IMG/VR virus record: IMGVR_UViG_3300033405_000002
Coordinates: 179,595 to 243,594 of that record
From: a virus
Lineage: Duplodnaviria > Heunggongvirae > Uroviricota > Caudoviricetes
Length of the DNA stretch: 64,000 nucleotides
Direction: 5' to 3' (one strand)
The translations under genes were made by a program, and so were the position numbers. Below, in pieces: positions 41,635 through 53,000 of the stretch. The notes under the pieces were generated by a model that did not search any database, was not told where the DNA came from, and saw only the letters and a list, made by a program, of their open reading frames with translations. How positions within the stretch are numbered: the stretch's first letter is position 1; each line of letters opens with the position of its first letter.

Positions 41635-42948
41635 ATGATCCAGAACTTACAGGTTTTGAATTCGAGCTACGTTGGCTCTCACGACATTTGGTGGGAACAG
41701 GACACGACCGCCACGGTTGGTTACAACATTTATCGTGCGTATGACTTCCCGACCAACTGGGTGAAACTCAACCCTGCTCCGTGGGGTGGGAACTTCTGGC
41801 GCGACATGAGCACGCTTACTCAGGTGACATACACCGTGCAGCCACAGGATTTCATTGAACACGGTGAGCTAGGTCGCTGGGCGTTTCGCATTCCTGACAT
41901 TCCTTACACGACGGTTTATGCTCAGCGCGTGGTTGTGAGCAACAGTTGCGATGACGTGGAAGTAACCGTTAGCGTGAGTGGCAATCCCTTGATTGACGGT
42001 CAGAAGTTCCGCCCAATCAAAGTTGAGGGCTTCGACCGCACAATCTACATGCAGATGGACAACACGCTTCCGGCTGGCGGTGCGGTGAGTGACGAAGCTT
42101 TGGTGAATGCAGGCAACGTAAGCATTGCGGATTACAGCAACATCACGCTCTGGCAGGTCACCTACAATAAGCTGACAAACTACGTTGACATCTATACGAA
42201 CTTCAACCGCACGTATTACACGGTTGTTCCTGTTGGGCCGAATGGCGAATGCCACGAACCCGGCTGCAAAGGCTCTGTCATCAAGAACACACAAGAAGTG
42301 GACGAGATTGATTGGGTATATGCGGAAATGGTACGCCGCAACCAGTACATCTTCGAGACCACGGGCGAGCCAGCCTATCTATTCTTCCGCAAGTGGCGCG
42401 GGGAATTGTGCGGCTGTACTTATGGTAGTGAGCAGGCAAAGCACGGCTGTAAGGTTTGCTACGAGACGGGCTATGTCGGCGGCTACATCGGGCCGTTTGA
42501 CTTCTTGTTCGTTCCCCCTGACTCCGCTTTGCAAGTTGAGTTGGACGAAGGTGGTCGCAAGGTCACTCGCGACTCGCGCAGCTACTTGTCTCGGACACCG
42601 ATTGTCCAGAATGGTGACTTCATTCTTCGCCGGAACGGTGACCGCATGGTCATTAGCAATGTCGTTTACAAGATGCCGCGTGGAATCCTGCTTCAGCAGG
42701 ACTTTACCGTGTCCTTGATAACCCCCGGAGATACGCGCTACCTGATCCCGTATGAGAATACAGGACTGCCGACGATTTACAATCCGGTTGTTCGTCCCGA
42801 TCCGTTCAACTTGCGGAGTCCCAAGGACGGACATGGCGAACCGATCTTCGATCCTCGCACAGTTCCGTCAATCAACGGCGGTAAGGATTGGGAGAACCCA
42901 AACATTCCAATCGGCCGTACCATCGAATTCGGAAAGATTTCTACATAG
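41635..42948 (+). CDS. hypothetical protein (possibly a virion component)
   Basis: about 437 aa from ATG 41635; the ORF is open from 41578. Confidence 0.55.
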   Translation: MIQNLQVLNSSYVGSHDIWWEQDTTATVGYNIYRAYDFPTNWVKLNPAPWGGNFWRDMSTLTQVTYTVQPQDFIEHGELGRWAFRIPDIPYTTVYAQRVVVSNSCDDVEVTVSVSGNPLIDGQKFRPIKVEGFDRTIYMQMDNTLPAGGAVSDEALVNAGNVSIADYSNITLWQVTYNKLTNYVDIYTNFNRTYYTVVPVGPNGECHEPGCKGSVIKNTQEVDEIDWVYAEMVRRNQYIFETTGEPAYLFFRKWRGELCGCTYGSEQAKHGCKVCYETGYVGGYIGPFDFLFVPPDSALQVELDEGGRKVTRDSRSYLSRTPIVQNGDFILRRNGDRMVISNVVYKMPRGILLQQDFTVSLITPGDTRYLIPYENTGLPTIYNPVVRPDPFNLRSPKDGHGEPIFDPRTVPSINGGKDWENPNIPIGRTIEFGKIST

Positions 42949-43239
42949 CTCGGACAATTAGTTGAAATTAAACAACTTCGTAACACGCTGACGAGTCGAA
43001 CGATAAAAATCGCCGTGCGCATATTCTTGATCTTCAAGGACAGCAATTCGGATATGTGACTGTGCTTTTTTTGTTTTGCGTTAAGCAGAAAGCTGAGTGG
43101 ACAGTTCAATGTTCTATCTGTGGTGCCAAGGATGTTGTGAGATGCGACAGGATCAGAAATGGTGATTCGGCCTTTATGCGAGCACACCGACATCAGACTT
43201 AAAAACTAACTACCGCAAGCATTAAAGAGAGGCACCACT

Positions 43240-43767
43240 ATGGCATTTGACGCATCCTTACTGGCAAAAACAGCACGAGTGCTGGACGAATCTGATCTTC
43301 CGAACGGCAACCCCGAGCTTCAGGCTATGGTGGGCGATCCAGACGATTTCCGCTCGTCTACATGGGCGCAGTTCAAGCCGAACCCCGGCAACATGCAGCT
43401 TCCGAATCCTCTCTCCCCGGTTGAAGGCGACGAGATGTTCTTCGCTTACATGATTCCGGGTGCCAAGTTTCAAGCTCGCGACGGCAGCCAGTGGAACGTA
43501 CTGGACTACCCGTGGCAGGGCATGGTTCACATCGAGAACGTGTGGTATCCGCGAGTCAACGCGCAAGTCAACCTAAATGATGTTCGTCGTTCCATCGAAC
43601 AGTGGGTTGAGCCAGTTCAGATTTTCATCGCGGCTCCGGCCCCCGGCGTGGACTACGGTGCCATGCCTGTCAAGATCGTCGATGGGCCGACCAACTACGG
43701 TCGCCCGGACGAACTTTCGAAAGGCGAGATGGGCGCGGGGAACTCGGACGTTTCTGGCGGCTGGTAA
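43240..43767 (+). CDS. hypothetical protein
   Basis: 175 aa. Confidence 0.5.
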   Translation: MAFDASLLAKTARVLDESDLPNGNPELQAMVGDPDDFRSSTWAQFKPNPGNMQLPNPLSPVEGDEMFFAYMIPGAKFQARDGSQWNVLDYPWQGMVHIENVWYPRVNAQVNLNDVRRSIEQWVEPVQIFIAAPAPGVDYGAMPVKIVDGPTNYGRPDELSKGEMGAGNSDVSGGW

Positions 43768-44045
43768 TGGGCGTCAAGCTGACATGGCTTGATGACAATA
43801 TCGTCATGTTCCGCTGTCCCGGTTGTGAAGAGGAACATGTTGTTCGGGTTAGAGGCGAATCGCCTTGGGGCTGGAACAACAGCATGGAAGCACCTACTTT
43901 CACTTCGAGCATTCTTGTCAATCGCGGTCAGTCGAATCCAACCGCGCACCAGTGCCACAGTTTTGTTACGGACGGAAAGATTCAGTTCTTAGCAGACTGC
44001 ACGCACCGATTGGCAAACCAAACGATAGAGCTTCCAGATTGGTAA
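43767..44045 (+). CDS. zinc-ribbon protein
   Basis: CPGCEEEH...CHSF...C. Confidence 0.45.
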   Translation: MGVKLTWLDDNIVMFRCPGCEEEHVVRVRGESPWGWNNSMEAPTFTSSILVNRGQSNPTAHQCHSFVTDGKIQFLADCTHRLANQTIELPDW

Positions 44046-44060
44046 ATAGGGAGCTTTGGA

Positions 44061-45956
44061 ATGATTGATTTAACTGGTGCAAATCTCGTCAACTATCTGA
44101 TGCGCATGGTCCGTGACATCGTGGATCGTAATCCGCGCTTCAAAGAAACTCTTGGCGAAGTCACGTTCCCCGCAAACACGCTCATCCAGTGGAAAGATGC
44201 TTGGGTCAGCATCACCAGTGTTTCCACATCAGGTACTCGCTTATCCCCCAACTATTTCATGTGTACGCAGCTTGGTCGCTGCATCCTCGCCAAGACCGTT
44301 GACAAGGACGGTCAGTTCATTGAGTGGACACGCGAGACTGACAGAACGCAGCAAACGCCCGAAGCAGGCATTTATTATCTGGGCGTGACCTACTTCAACG
44401 ATCAGACACGAGACCTTGGTCTGGTTGTCCAAAAGTACCGCTGGGTCGAAGGCTGCTACAAGAACGCAGTTGGAACAGCCGTTTATTTCGCTCCCGGTAT
44501 CGACCTGACAACCGTAAACCTGAGTGACGCAGCAACAAGCACGCCTGTTCAGGCGACTATGTTCAACGCGAGCACTGGCGGACGAGCGTATCTTCAAACA
44601 CCAACGCAACAGCTTGTTGCTACGTACAATGACGCGTTGAATTCCCCCGTGTGGGATTCGTTCACAACTTACATGATCGGCTCCATTGTAACGTATGACG
44701 GCGCAGCATACGTTTCTGGAGGACAGAGCCTTGGCGTGGTTCCGGGCACCAACCCAGCGTTGTGGGCACCATATCTTGCGCAGAATCCGCTCGCCGGACA
44801 ACGGCTCGCACCGTTTACTGATTATTGGTATCAGTTGCCGCAGACCGCCGTAATCTGCCAGAACACCGTAGCAGGCACACAGCTTTGCAACATCCCACTA
44901 CCGTATCTCTCGGTGACGATCACTGACCAAACAGGCTATGAGTTGCGCTCCGGCATTGACTATCAGTTCCAAGGCCCGCAGTGGATTACCTTGAGCGCTT
45001 ACACGCCGCCCGGTTCTACGATCAGCGCGAATATGGTTGTCAAGGTCAACCCTTACAATGCCGTGGGGATCAACCCAGAGAACTACATTCAAGTGAACTT
45101 GGGGCCAAACGAGACTCTTGCGCCAAACCAAGTCTTCATTCATACGAATGAGGGGACGTTCACAAACCCGATTGTCAACTCGAACGGCACATTAACGGTG
45201 CCAGTGTTGTTGCAGCCGGGAGACAACATGCGTTGGTCTGTCAGGATCAACTCCGGTCAATATTATGCAAGCGCCAAGAAGTGGGAACTCAACAGCTTCG
45301 TGCTGGTGAACCCCACCACGATCACTTATGCGAAGCCGGACGCGAACCAAGGCGGTAAGCTCGTCCCGGTTCCGACAAGCTGGGTTATGGGTGCTGATTC
45401 ATCGCAACTCGCTGGCGTGATGCAGACTTCAGCCGGACAACCGCTCTTGGACGCTAACGGACAGGTGCAATACATTCTACCCGGACTGCGCTGCGCCATC
45501 GGTGACAACGTGGTTGTGGGTGACCAGTGTGCCATCATCGTAAGCCCCACCCGTACAGAGACTTACGAGGTATTTGGCTCCAAGGAAAACTTGACTTTCA
45601 CGCTTCAAGTTAAGGCTAATGACATGCAAACATCGTCTGATCTCGCTGAAATGCTCAAGCGCGAAATGCTGGTGATGCGCCGCGCAAACACAGAAGCGGA
45701 TGGCCTAACGATATTTGAAATCTCCCGCAATTACGTTGGTCAGGCTCGCGATGCCAGCGCTACGGCACCCAGCTACGTTAACGAGGTTACTGTCACAGCA
45801 TCAGCCGATTGGAAGGTCTACGTGCCGCTTGTGACACGTCTTGCAAGCTTGGAAATCAACGAGGTAGAAGTGCAAAACGACTTTCAAGGTAAATTACAGA
45901 TGGCTCCGAGAATGAAGGCGCTAGGCGCTGAAGCGTTCATCCCAGCCTACGTATAA
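44061..45956 (+). CDS. hypothetical structural protein (fibre or baseplate-like)
   Basis: 631 aa; Thr/Gly/Val/Asn-rich. Confidence 0.6.
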   Translation: MIDLTGANLVNYLMRMVRDIVDRNPRFKETLGEVTFPANTLIQWKDAWVSITSVSTSGTRLSPNYFMCTQLGRCILAKTVDKDGQFIEWTRETDRTQQTPEAGIYYLGVTYFNDQTRDLGLVVQKYRWVEGCYKNAVGTAVYFAPGIDLTTVNLSDAATSTPVQATMFNASTGGRAYLQTPTQQLVATYNDALNSPVWDSFTTYMIGSIVTYDGAAYVSGGQSLGVVPGTNPALWAPYLAQNPLAGQRLAPFTDYWYQLPQTAVICQNTVAGTQLCNIPLPYLSVTITDQTGYELRSGIDYQFQGPQWITLSAYTPPGSTISANMVVKVNPYNAVGINPENYIQVNLGPNETLAPNQVFIHTNEGTFTNPIVNSNGTLTVPVLLQPGDNMRWSVRINSGQYYASAKKWELNSFVLVNPTTITYAKPDANQGGKLVPVPTSWVMGADSSQLAGVMQTSAGQPLLDANGQVQYILPGLRCAIGDNVVVGDQCAIIVSPTRTETYEVFGSKENLTFTLQVKANDMQTSSDLAEMLKREMLVMRRANTEADGLTIFEISRNYVGQARDASATAPSYVNEVTVTASADWKVYVPLVTRLASLEINEVEVQNDFQGKLQMAPRMKALGAEAFIPAYV

Positions 45957-45963
45957 GGATCGA

Positions 45964-46332
45964 ATGGCTACTTACGACTTTAAGTGCAAGAACGAGAAGT
46001 GCGGTTTGGTGGAAGAGTACATCTGCCCGATAGCCGAATGCCCCGAGGTTTTGAAGTGCAAACGCTGTGGTTCTGACTCGGTGCAGGCGTATTTGACCCC
46101 GCGTGGTGTGCTAACAGGCAATATGACACACGCACCAATAGATGTCGTGATTGGGCGCGATGCCGCCAAACGCTGGGACCGTATTCACGCGAACAAAGCG
46201 ATGCGCGACAAGATTCGTCAGGAAACAGGGAAGCAGCATATTGAGGCGACCCCGGTTGGCGAGTTTGGCGCGAAGGATTACAAAGGCAGCGACAAGCAGT
46301 TGCAGTTTGTCAGCACGCCGGAGCCGAAATAA
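45964..46332 (+). CDS. FmdB-family-like zinc-ribbon protein
   Basis: MATYDFKCKNEKCG...CKRCGS. Confidence 0.5.
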   Translation: MATYDFKCKNEKCGLVEEYICPIAECPEVLKCKRCGSDSVQAYLTPRGVLTGNMTHAPIDVVIGRDAAKRWDRIHANKAMRDKIRQETGKQHIEATPVGEFGAKDYKGSDKQLQFVSTPEPK

Positions 46333-46417
46333 GGGCTAAACCCCCTGTTTCGGTCGAGAATTATCACATTTTTGGACTTTGTGCAGCTTAATTGAAGTCC
46401 CTTTTGAAGAGGAAAAT

Positions 46418-49400
46418 ATGGCTCTATTCACGTCTTACGCCCCGCCCGGGGTTTCCACGACCGAAATCTTTGTGTCGAACACGGCGTCGAACGTCGGCAC
46501 CGCCCGCATCCCGGTCATCATCGGCGAAGGTGTACAGTTCTTCACGATCAATAACCAAGAACTGTTCCGTGGTTCCTCCCCGGTGCAGGACGACCAGTCG
46601 GTCAACGAGAACATTTCCGATCAAGTCACGGGCTTCACGCAGAACTTCCAGACAACCTTCTATCCTGTGGTTGACGGAACTGGCAAGGGAGTTGTCACGA
46701 ACAACCCGGCCCTGATTCAGTGCCAAGCGATCTACTCGAACGGCAACGTTGTTCCTGTAACGGTCATCACACTGAACGGCGCAACTGGACAATTTACCAC
46801 TCAAGAAATCATCCCACCCGGAACTGACCTGACGATCACCTACTTCTTCAAGCGCGGTGACACACTCATTCAGAACGAGAACGATTCGTACCAGATTCCG
46901 CAGTATGCGTCACAGACAATCGTTCTTGGCTCTTCACCAAATCAGGCATCACTCAAGCTGAGTCTGACGACTCCCGGCGAGTCCGGCAACCTTGTTACGC
47001 TGCAATTCGTGGCTGGCCCTCCGGTTCCAGATGCACAAGCTGTGCTTGGCGCTGGCACTGACGCAATCACGATCAACATCACCAGCACAACTGGTACGCG
47101 CACAATCGCCGACCTGTACACGCTCGTCAACAGCACAAGCATCCCGACGCTGGACGGCGGCTACTTAACATCCGGTCAGATCGTGCTCACAGGCACGGCT
47201 ACCACCGCTCAGCCACTCGTGGCAACGGCTGGTGCAGTTCCTTTCACTGGCGGCATCGGCCCGAACAGCAACACGGTGTTCCAAGTTCAGAATCTTCCGA
47301 TTGTGGACGGCACCAACGGCGGCGTGGTTACCACGAATCCGGCGCTTGTCACAGCCTACGTCAATGGCCTCGCGGTTACAGTCAGCGCGGTCAATGGCTC
47401 AGAAGGTCTCGTGACCTTGGCGCAGCCTGTTCCTTACGGCGCAACGCTCACACTCACTTACTACACGAACACGTGGCAGAACACGTTCGACCTGCTCCCA
47501 TCGTCCAATGTGGCGACAATCTTGCAGGTTGGTCTTGGCCCGAACCGCGCTGATTACACGCAGGGTGTTGACTACAGCCTTGGCGTGGCGCTCGATTCAC
47601 AAGGCAACGTTGTGGCAAACACGGTCAACTGGGGCAACAACGTCAGCGAAGCAGTTGGCGTGGACGCATCCGGTGACACACCGTTCAGCCCATCCGAAGT
47701 TCTGACAACTCTCGTTGACGAGAGCGTTTGGCTCCGTCCGCTGGCTGGCGTAACGAATGGTCGCAACGCGACCTTCACACTGCCTGACACACCGACAGAC
47801 GGTAGCGGTCAAGCACGCCCAACCAACAACCCAGCGCTCGTGAAAGTTTACATCGGAACCGATCCGCTGGAAGCCTTCCAAGCTGGTGCTGTGGCTGTCT
47901 CCTCGCTTAACGGCAAGGCACAGTCCATCACGCTCTACAACCCGCCTCCGGCTGGTTCAAGCGTTTACGCGAGCTACTACCGCAACACGCTGGAAGATCA
48001 GCAGTACACGTTGACGGTTGTCAACCCCGGCTTCTCCGGCATCGGCACCTACACAGTGCAAGACAACCTCCAGCGCTACATGCCGCTGGTGACATTCAAC
48101 GGCGCATCTTCTTACGTGGCGGCATCTGGCGCGTTCGCGGCGACAGGCGTTGTTTATCCGTTCGGCTTCTCCGACGCGGTTGATGACAACGGCTCTCCGT
48201 CCGAAACGGTCACACTGACGTTCCGTAACGACGGCACCAACACATTGCAGCCCGCAGTGCCAGCCATGCTGACATTGACCTTCGGTGCAAGCACCCTGAC
48301 CTTCGCGGCAGCGGCAGGCATCGGCGGCAATGACGTTCAAATCGCCATCGACGTTACGACTGTCAACCCGCAGCCAGTTGTGGTGGGTGGAAACCTCGTC
48401 ACGATCTACGCATTCTGGAATGGCACACTGGCAACTTTGAGCCAGATCGCAAGCTACTTCCCGTCCGCTGAGACTGTAAACGGTGGTCAGATCACTTGCG
48501 CAGCAGGCGGCGCTACTCCGAGCACACAGACTCCAACCGTGACCGGGGCAACGAATCTCGTTGGCGGTGCAAACGCAGTCACCGTCCCGGTTAGCCACAG
48601 CTACGTTGTTTCAAGCAGCTTGGTGACAGGCGGCTCCAACGGTCTTGGCTACCTTGACCAGACTTACATTGACGCTGTGACCGGATTCCGTGTCACCATC
48701 GTCAACCCGTCCGATCACGTGGCTTACGGCGTCACTTCGATCCCACAGAACTACAACTTCGTGGGCGCGGATGATGTCAGCTTGAACGGGGCGACAATTC
48801 AGGTCAACACCGACATCGTTACGGTTACGGTCAGCAACAACGTTGCAGTCGGTCAGCCTGTGACATTCAGCGGACTCACGGGTGCTACGTTCCTAAACGG
48901 TAAGACACTCAACGTGGTGACCGCGACCAACACGCAACTCACGTTTGCAATGACCACGCCGAACTACGGCCCGACGGTGGAAACATCCGGTACGGCAGCC
49001 GCAGCGGGCGACAAGCTGGTGTTCAACGTTGTGCAGAACGGCGCACGTTACGTTGGCAATCCGGGCATCGCTCCGGCGCAGGCGAACAACCAAGTTGCAA
49101 TCTTCGGTCTCAAGACCAAGGTTGTTTCGAACTTCGGTGCAACCGCAGGCGACACGGTTATCGTGAGCACGGTACGTGGTTCCGGTAACGAGCCGAACAT
49201 TGGCGAATACTACTATGTCACTTACACAGTGAACAAGGTAGCCGCCGACTACGCGATCAAGCTTTACACTGACCCGAACATCGCTTACGCAGCCTACGGT
49301 CAGCCGAGCACGATCAACCGTCTGTCCTTGGGCATCCAGTTCATGGTTCAGAACGGCGTCCAGACCTTCGGCGCGATTCAGGTTCCGGTTGTTCCGGGCA

Positions 49401-50254
49401 CGAACTACGCATCGAGCGCGGATTACATCAGCGCGATCCAGACGCTCACAACCAACCTGCCGGGGCTTAACCGCAAGGCAGACGTTGTGACCCCGCTCTC
49501 TAACGATCCAGTTGTGCATCAGTTCCTCAGCCGTCAATTGACGACTCAGGCGACCGCACGCTACAAGGGCGAGGCAATCGGCTTCGTTGGATACAGCCAG
49601 TTCACCACACCGCAGCAAGCAAGCGCTAACGCGCAGGCATTGCTCAACCAGCGCATGATCGCCATCGGCAACGCAGCCGCAGGCGTCCTGCTCACCAACT
49701 TGACCACTGGTGTTTCAGTGGAATACTTGGTGGACGGCACCTTCATGGCGGCCGCGATGGCTGGCTTGAACTGCAACCCAGCAAACGATGTGGCAACCAG
49801 CTTGACCCTCCAGAACTTGGTTGGTTTCAGCCGCTTGCTCATCACCTACGACGACAACACGATGAACCTGATGGCGGCGAATGGCTTGACACTGTTGCTC
49901 AACAACAACGGTGCTCTCCAGATTCGCCACTACAAGACCACGAACCCAAGCAACACGCTTGTCAGCGAGCCGACTTCAACAACCATCGCCGACTACGTGG
50001 CGCAGCGCTTCCGTGGCGACTTGCAGCAGTTCATCGGACGCAAGCTGGTTGACAGCTTGGTTACAGACATTCAGATCGTCTGCAACTCGCGTCTGAAGTC
50101 CTTGCAGGATCAGCAGATCATCACTGGTTACGAAAACCTAGTGGTCATGCAGAACGCCGATGACCCAACCGAAGTTGATGTCACAGTCACGTTCAAGCCG
50201 ATCTTCAGCTTGCTCTACGTGAGTGTCACCTTCACGGTGCAGACAAGCTTGTAA
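46418..50254 (+). CDS. large virion structural protein (about 1278 aa), possibly fibre or sheath-like with a repetitive beta-rich architecture
   Basis: GAGGAAAA RBS then ATG 46418; Thr/Gly/Val/Asn/Ala-rich. Confidence 0.65.
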   Translation: MALFTSYAPPGVSTTEIFVSNTASNVGTARIPVIIGEGVQFFTINNQELFRGSSPVQDDQSVNENISDQVTGFTQNFQTTFYPVVDGTGKGVVTNNPALIQCQAIYSNGNVVPVTVITLNGATGQFTTQEIIPPGTDLTITYFFKRGDTLIQNENDSYQIPQYASQTIVLGSSPNQASLKLSLTTPGESGNLVTLQFVAGPPVPDAQAVLGAGTDAITINITSTTGTRTIADLYTLVNSTSIPTLDGGYLTSGQIVLTGTATTAQPLVATAGAVPFTGGIGPNSNTVFQVQNLPIVDGTNGGVVTTNPALVTAYVNGLAVTVSAVNGSEGLVTLAQPVPYGATLTLTYYTNTWQNTFDLLPSSNVATILQVGLGPNRADYTQGVDYSLGVALDSQGNVVANTVNWGNNVSEAVGVDASGDTPFSPSEVLTTLVDESVWLRPLAGVTNGRNATFTLPDTPTDGSGQARPTNNPALVKVYIGTDPLEAFQAGAVAVSSLNGKAQSITLYNPPPAGSSVYASYYRNTLEDQQYTLTVVNPGFSGIGTYTVQDNLQRYMPLVTFNGASSYVAASGAFAATGVVYPFGFSDAVDDNGSPSETVTLTFRNDGTNTLQPAVPAMLTLTFGASTLTFAAAAGIGGNDVQIAIDVTTVNPQPVVVGGNLVTIYAFWNGTLATLSQIASYFPSAETVNGGQITCAAGGATPSTQTPTVTGATNLVGGANAVTVPVSHSYVVSSSLVTGGSNGLGYLDQTYIDAVTGFRVTIVNPSDHVAYGVTSIPQNYNFVGADDVSLNGATIQVNTDIVTVTVSNNVAVGQPVTFSGLTGATFLNGKTLNVVTATNTQLTFAMTTPNYGPTVETSGTAAAAGDKLVFNVVQNGARYVGNPGIAPAQANNQVAIFGLKTKVVSNFGATAGDTVIVSTVRGSGNEPNIGEYYYVTYTVNKVAADYAIKLYTDPNIAYAAYGQPSTINRLSLGIQFMVQNGVQTFGAIQVPVVPGTNYASSADYISAIQTLTTNLPGLNRKADVVTPLSNDPVVHQFLSRQLTTQATARYKGEAIGFVGYSQFTTPQQASANAQALLNQRMIAIGNAAAGVLLTNLTTGVSVEYLVDGTFMAAAMAGLNCNPANDVATSLTLQNLVGFSRLLITYDDNTMNLMAANGLTLLLNNNGALQIRHYKTTNPSNTLVSEPTSTTIADYVAQRFRGDLQQFIGRKLVDSLVTDIQIVCNSRLKSLQDQQIITGYENLVVMQNADDPTEVDVTVTFKPIFSLLYVSVTFTVQTSL

Positions 50255-50276
50255 TTGAGCTTGAGCGGAGCTAAGA

Positions 50277-50726
50277 ATGCAGATTAACCCAATCGTTACG
50301 CAGGCAAACGGCATCATCAGCATCCAGCTTCAAGCGCTGTTTGTCGGTGGTCCAACGGACGCGAGCGACAAGCAAAAGATCGCAGCGTTTGGTGATCCGG
50401 TTGTGAACATGGCGGGCAACTTTACTGACCCGAACAATCCTTCGTTCACGTTTGCGTTTCCGCAGACTGAGCTATGGGTTGGTGTCACAACGCAGATGTC
50501 AAGTTACACCGTGCGCTTCATGGAAGCGCTGCCGGGTCCACAAAACCCGAACCAACCCGCTCCGGTTCAGGGGCCGTTGGACTGCGTAACGATTAACCCA
50601 AGTGAGGCTTGCCAAGCTTGGTATAACGTGATGGCGGGGTTAGGAATCAGCAGCAGAATTGGTCAGGCTATGCAGCAGTTGCGTTCACAGCAAGTTGTGC
50701 CGACACTGGTGCCAGCGACGATCTAA
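50277..50726 (+). CDS. hypothetical protein
   Basis: 149 aa. Confidence 0.5.
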   Translation: MQINPIVTQANGIISIQLQALFVGGPTDASDKQKIAAFGDPVVNMAGNFTDPNNPSFTFAFPQTELWVGVTTQMSSYTVRFMEALPGPQNPNQPAPVQGPLDCVTINPSEACQAWYNVMAGLGISSRIGQAMQQLRSQQVVPTLVPATI

Positions 50727-50735
50727 GGAAAAACA

Positions 50736-52442
50736 ATGTCAAGACTGATTGCTCGCCGTAACGAAAAGAAAGCGACGATTTTGCGTTCCAAGAGAACTGT
50801 GGAAGACGCAATTCAACGCGCAAACTCGCTCGCTCAGGCGTGGATGAACGAGAACCCGAACGACCCACGCCTTGACGAACTCGAAAGAGTTGTCAGTCAC
50901 TTGTCGAGCGTTTTGAAGAAGACGCCACAGGAGATGCGTGCTGAAGGCGCTACGTCCATTGAAGACTATTTTGATGACGCGAAGATGCCGGAATCAGCGA
51001 ACACGATTAAGAGAGAGGTTGACATGATCGCAAAATGGAACAATCAACAGCGTCCGGCTGCACAGGGCGTCCCCGGAGAAAAGGGCGTCGGGTATGTGCC
51101 GGATACCGCAGTGGCCCAGCGCGGCATACACGCCAGCAAGAAGCAGGCGGACGGCGGCGCGGCGTTCACTACGGATCGCGATGATAAATCCGACCCGAAG
51201 TCACCTGAACAAGTGGAAGTTCCCCGCGTAGCGGCGAAGAAAAAGGAAGCAGTGCCGGAAGCTCCGGCTCCCGCAGCACCAGTTCCAACAGCCCCCGCGA
51301 GCGGCGCAGCAGGCGGCGGCGCGGTCAATCCTATCGACTACATTCCAACCGACATTCTCATCAAGATCATCGGCGATCTTCCAAAAGAAGAAGATTTCCC
51401 GCAGAACCAAGGCAAGCAGGACGCGGTTATCGAACTGACCAACATCCTCAAGTCTCGTCCAGTTGAGCCGCCAGAGCCAGCAGAAGGCGCAGCACCAGCG
51501 GCCCCGGCAGCGGCGGCACCCGTGGCAGCCCCGGTCGCCAGCAAAAAGAAGGCTGACCTTGGCGGTCTGTCTATCGCATCTTCGGTTGACGAAGAAGGCA
51601 AGACGGCTGACTATCGGTTGCACGACTACAAGCTCGAAGATGAAGGCGTTCGTCCTTCCGGCAAGCTTCCGTCAATGGAAGAGCAGGAACAGCGAATGCA
51701 CGTCGAAGATGAAGAGAACCCTGAACTGATTGAGGCTTCGATGGACAAGGAAGCTGTTTCGCCTTCGGGCTGGAGCGGCACCACGGAGCACATGAAGAAG
51801 CACAAAGAGATTGACAATCCTTGGGCCCTTTCATGGTACATGAAGAACAAGGGTGACTCACCACACTACAAAGAGTCCGGCGATGAGCCTGACACAGCGG
51901 ATCGTCGCATGGCGGCTCTGGAAGTTTGGAAAGAGCGTCAAGCCAGCATGTACAAAGAACTGGCGTCGAAGTACGCTTCCGGCGCGGCTGGCGGCGGATG
52001 GTCTACAGACATCGGCGAAAAGGGTAGAGTTGTTGAAGACGGCGGCAACCTCGCGGATGTAGACGAGGCGCACGCAGCACTGGATGAGTCCGGCGCACGT
52101 TTGAATCGCCCTGTCACAACCAATCCAATTCAGTTGAACAAGCAGGCGGCTGAGATGACTGCAACGAAGGCAGTCAAGGAAGCGGAACGGCTTGGCAACG
52201 AACTCAAGAAAATGTATCTCGATGCGAAGTCTTTGACTCAGGTCAACGACACGCGTCCAGTGCGCGAAGCGGTTGAGAGTATCTTCCGTGCAGCGGACAT
52301 GTTTGACGAAGCAACGAAGGCTCTCAACAAGCAACAGCAGCAAGAAGAGAGCGAGCGGGAAGCGGCGGCGATCAAGGAAAAGAACAAGAAGTCTTCCTTG
52401 AAGTCTCCACTCTTCTCTCTGTCAGTAGCAGCTTCGGAATAA
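50736..52442 (+). CDS. acidic protein with Ala/Pro-rich linkers (possibly a scaffold or internal protein)
   Basis: 568 aa. Confidence 0.55.
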   Translation: MSRLIARRNEKKATILRSKRTVEDAIQRANSLAQAWMNENPNDPRLDELERVVSHLSSVLKKTPQEMRAEGATSIEDYFDDAKMPESANTIKREVDMIAKWNNQQRPAAQGVPGEKGVGYVPDTAVAQRGIHASKKQADGGAAFTTDRDDKSDPKSPEQVEVPRVAAKKKEAVPEAPAPAAPVPTAPASGAAGGGAVNPIDYIPTDILIKIIGDLPKEEDFPQNQGKQDAVIELTNILKSRPVEPPEPAEGAAPAAPAAAAPVAAPVASKKKADLGGLSIASSVDEEGKTADYRLHDYKLEDEGVRPSGKLPSMEEQEQRMHVEDEENPELIEASMDKEAVSPSGWSGTTEHMKKHKEIDNPWALSWYMKNKGDSPHYKESGDEPDTADRRMAALEVWKERQASMYKELASKYASGAAGGGWSTDIGEKGRVVEDGGNLADVDEAHAALDESGARLNRPVTTNPIQLNKQAAEMTATKAVKEAERLGNELKKMYLDAKSLTQVNDTRPVREAVESIFRAADMFDEATKALNKQQQQEESEREAAAIKEKNKKSSLKSPLFSLSVAASE

Positions 52443-52554
52443 GTTCGGGGGAACAACAAGCCGGGTCATCGTGCTGGAGTTTCACTGCCTTAGGGCCGTT
52501 ACCGTTACTTGCGATGAAATGGAACGAAGGTTTTAGTTCCCCCGATTCGATTGA

Positions 52555-52935
52555 ATGAAGGTTAATTACGCAAATCCGTTCGCCTATACAACGGCGCTGC
52601 AATCGCAGGCGTGGTATGACCTTCGAAAAGAGTTTCTATCGTACAAGGTTGAACTGGCGATAGGGAACGAGGAAGTTGCGCTGGGTGTGATTGAGCGCAA
52701 CCCAAACGATGGTGGGCGCTGGCGGTGGGACACACCGTTATTCGACAGAGAAGTCGAAGAGTTAATGTCGCGCATCGTCAAGTCCGAGCGATTTGAAGCT
52801 GTTTGGCTGCGGAAAGAGAACGGCAAATACAGCGTGCTCGATGGTCACCATCGGCTCGTAGCTTGGCAAAAGCTGGGCAACACGAAAGTTCCCGCAGTTG
52901 TTGTGCATGTGACGCCGTTTAGATCGGCTGTTTGA
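52555..52935 (+). CDS. ParB/Srx-like N-terminal-domain protein
   Basis: 'SVLDGHHRLVAWQKLG' motif. Confidence 0.5.
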   Translation: MKVNYANPFAYTTALQSQAWYDLRKEFLSYKVELAIGNEEVALGVIERNPNDGGRWRWDTPLFDREVEELMSRIVKSERFEAVWLRKENGKYSVLDGHHRLVAWQKLGNTKVPAVVVHVTPFRSAV

Positions 52936-53000
52936 CAGAGAATACGGGAAAGAAGACTTTGGGGCTATCTTAATGAAGCCCTTGTAGGGCAGGAGAAACT

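Noticed and set aside
47957-49618. Minus-strand ORFs of 213 and 241 aa
   Set aside because: Antisense to the 1291-aa structural gene.
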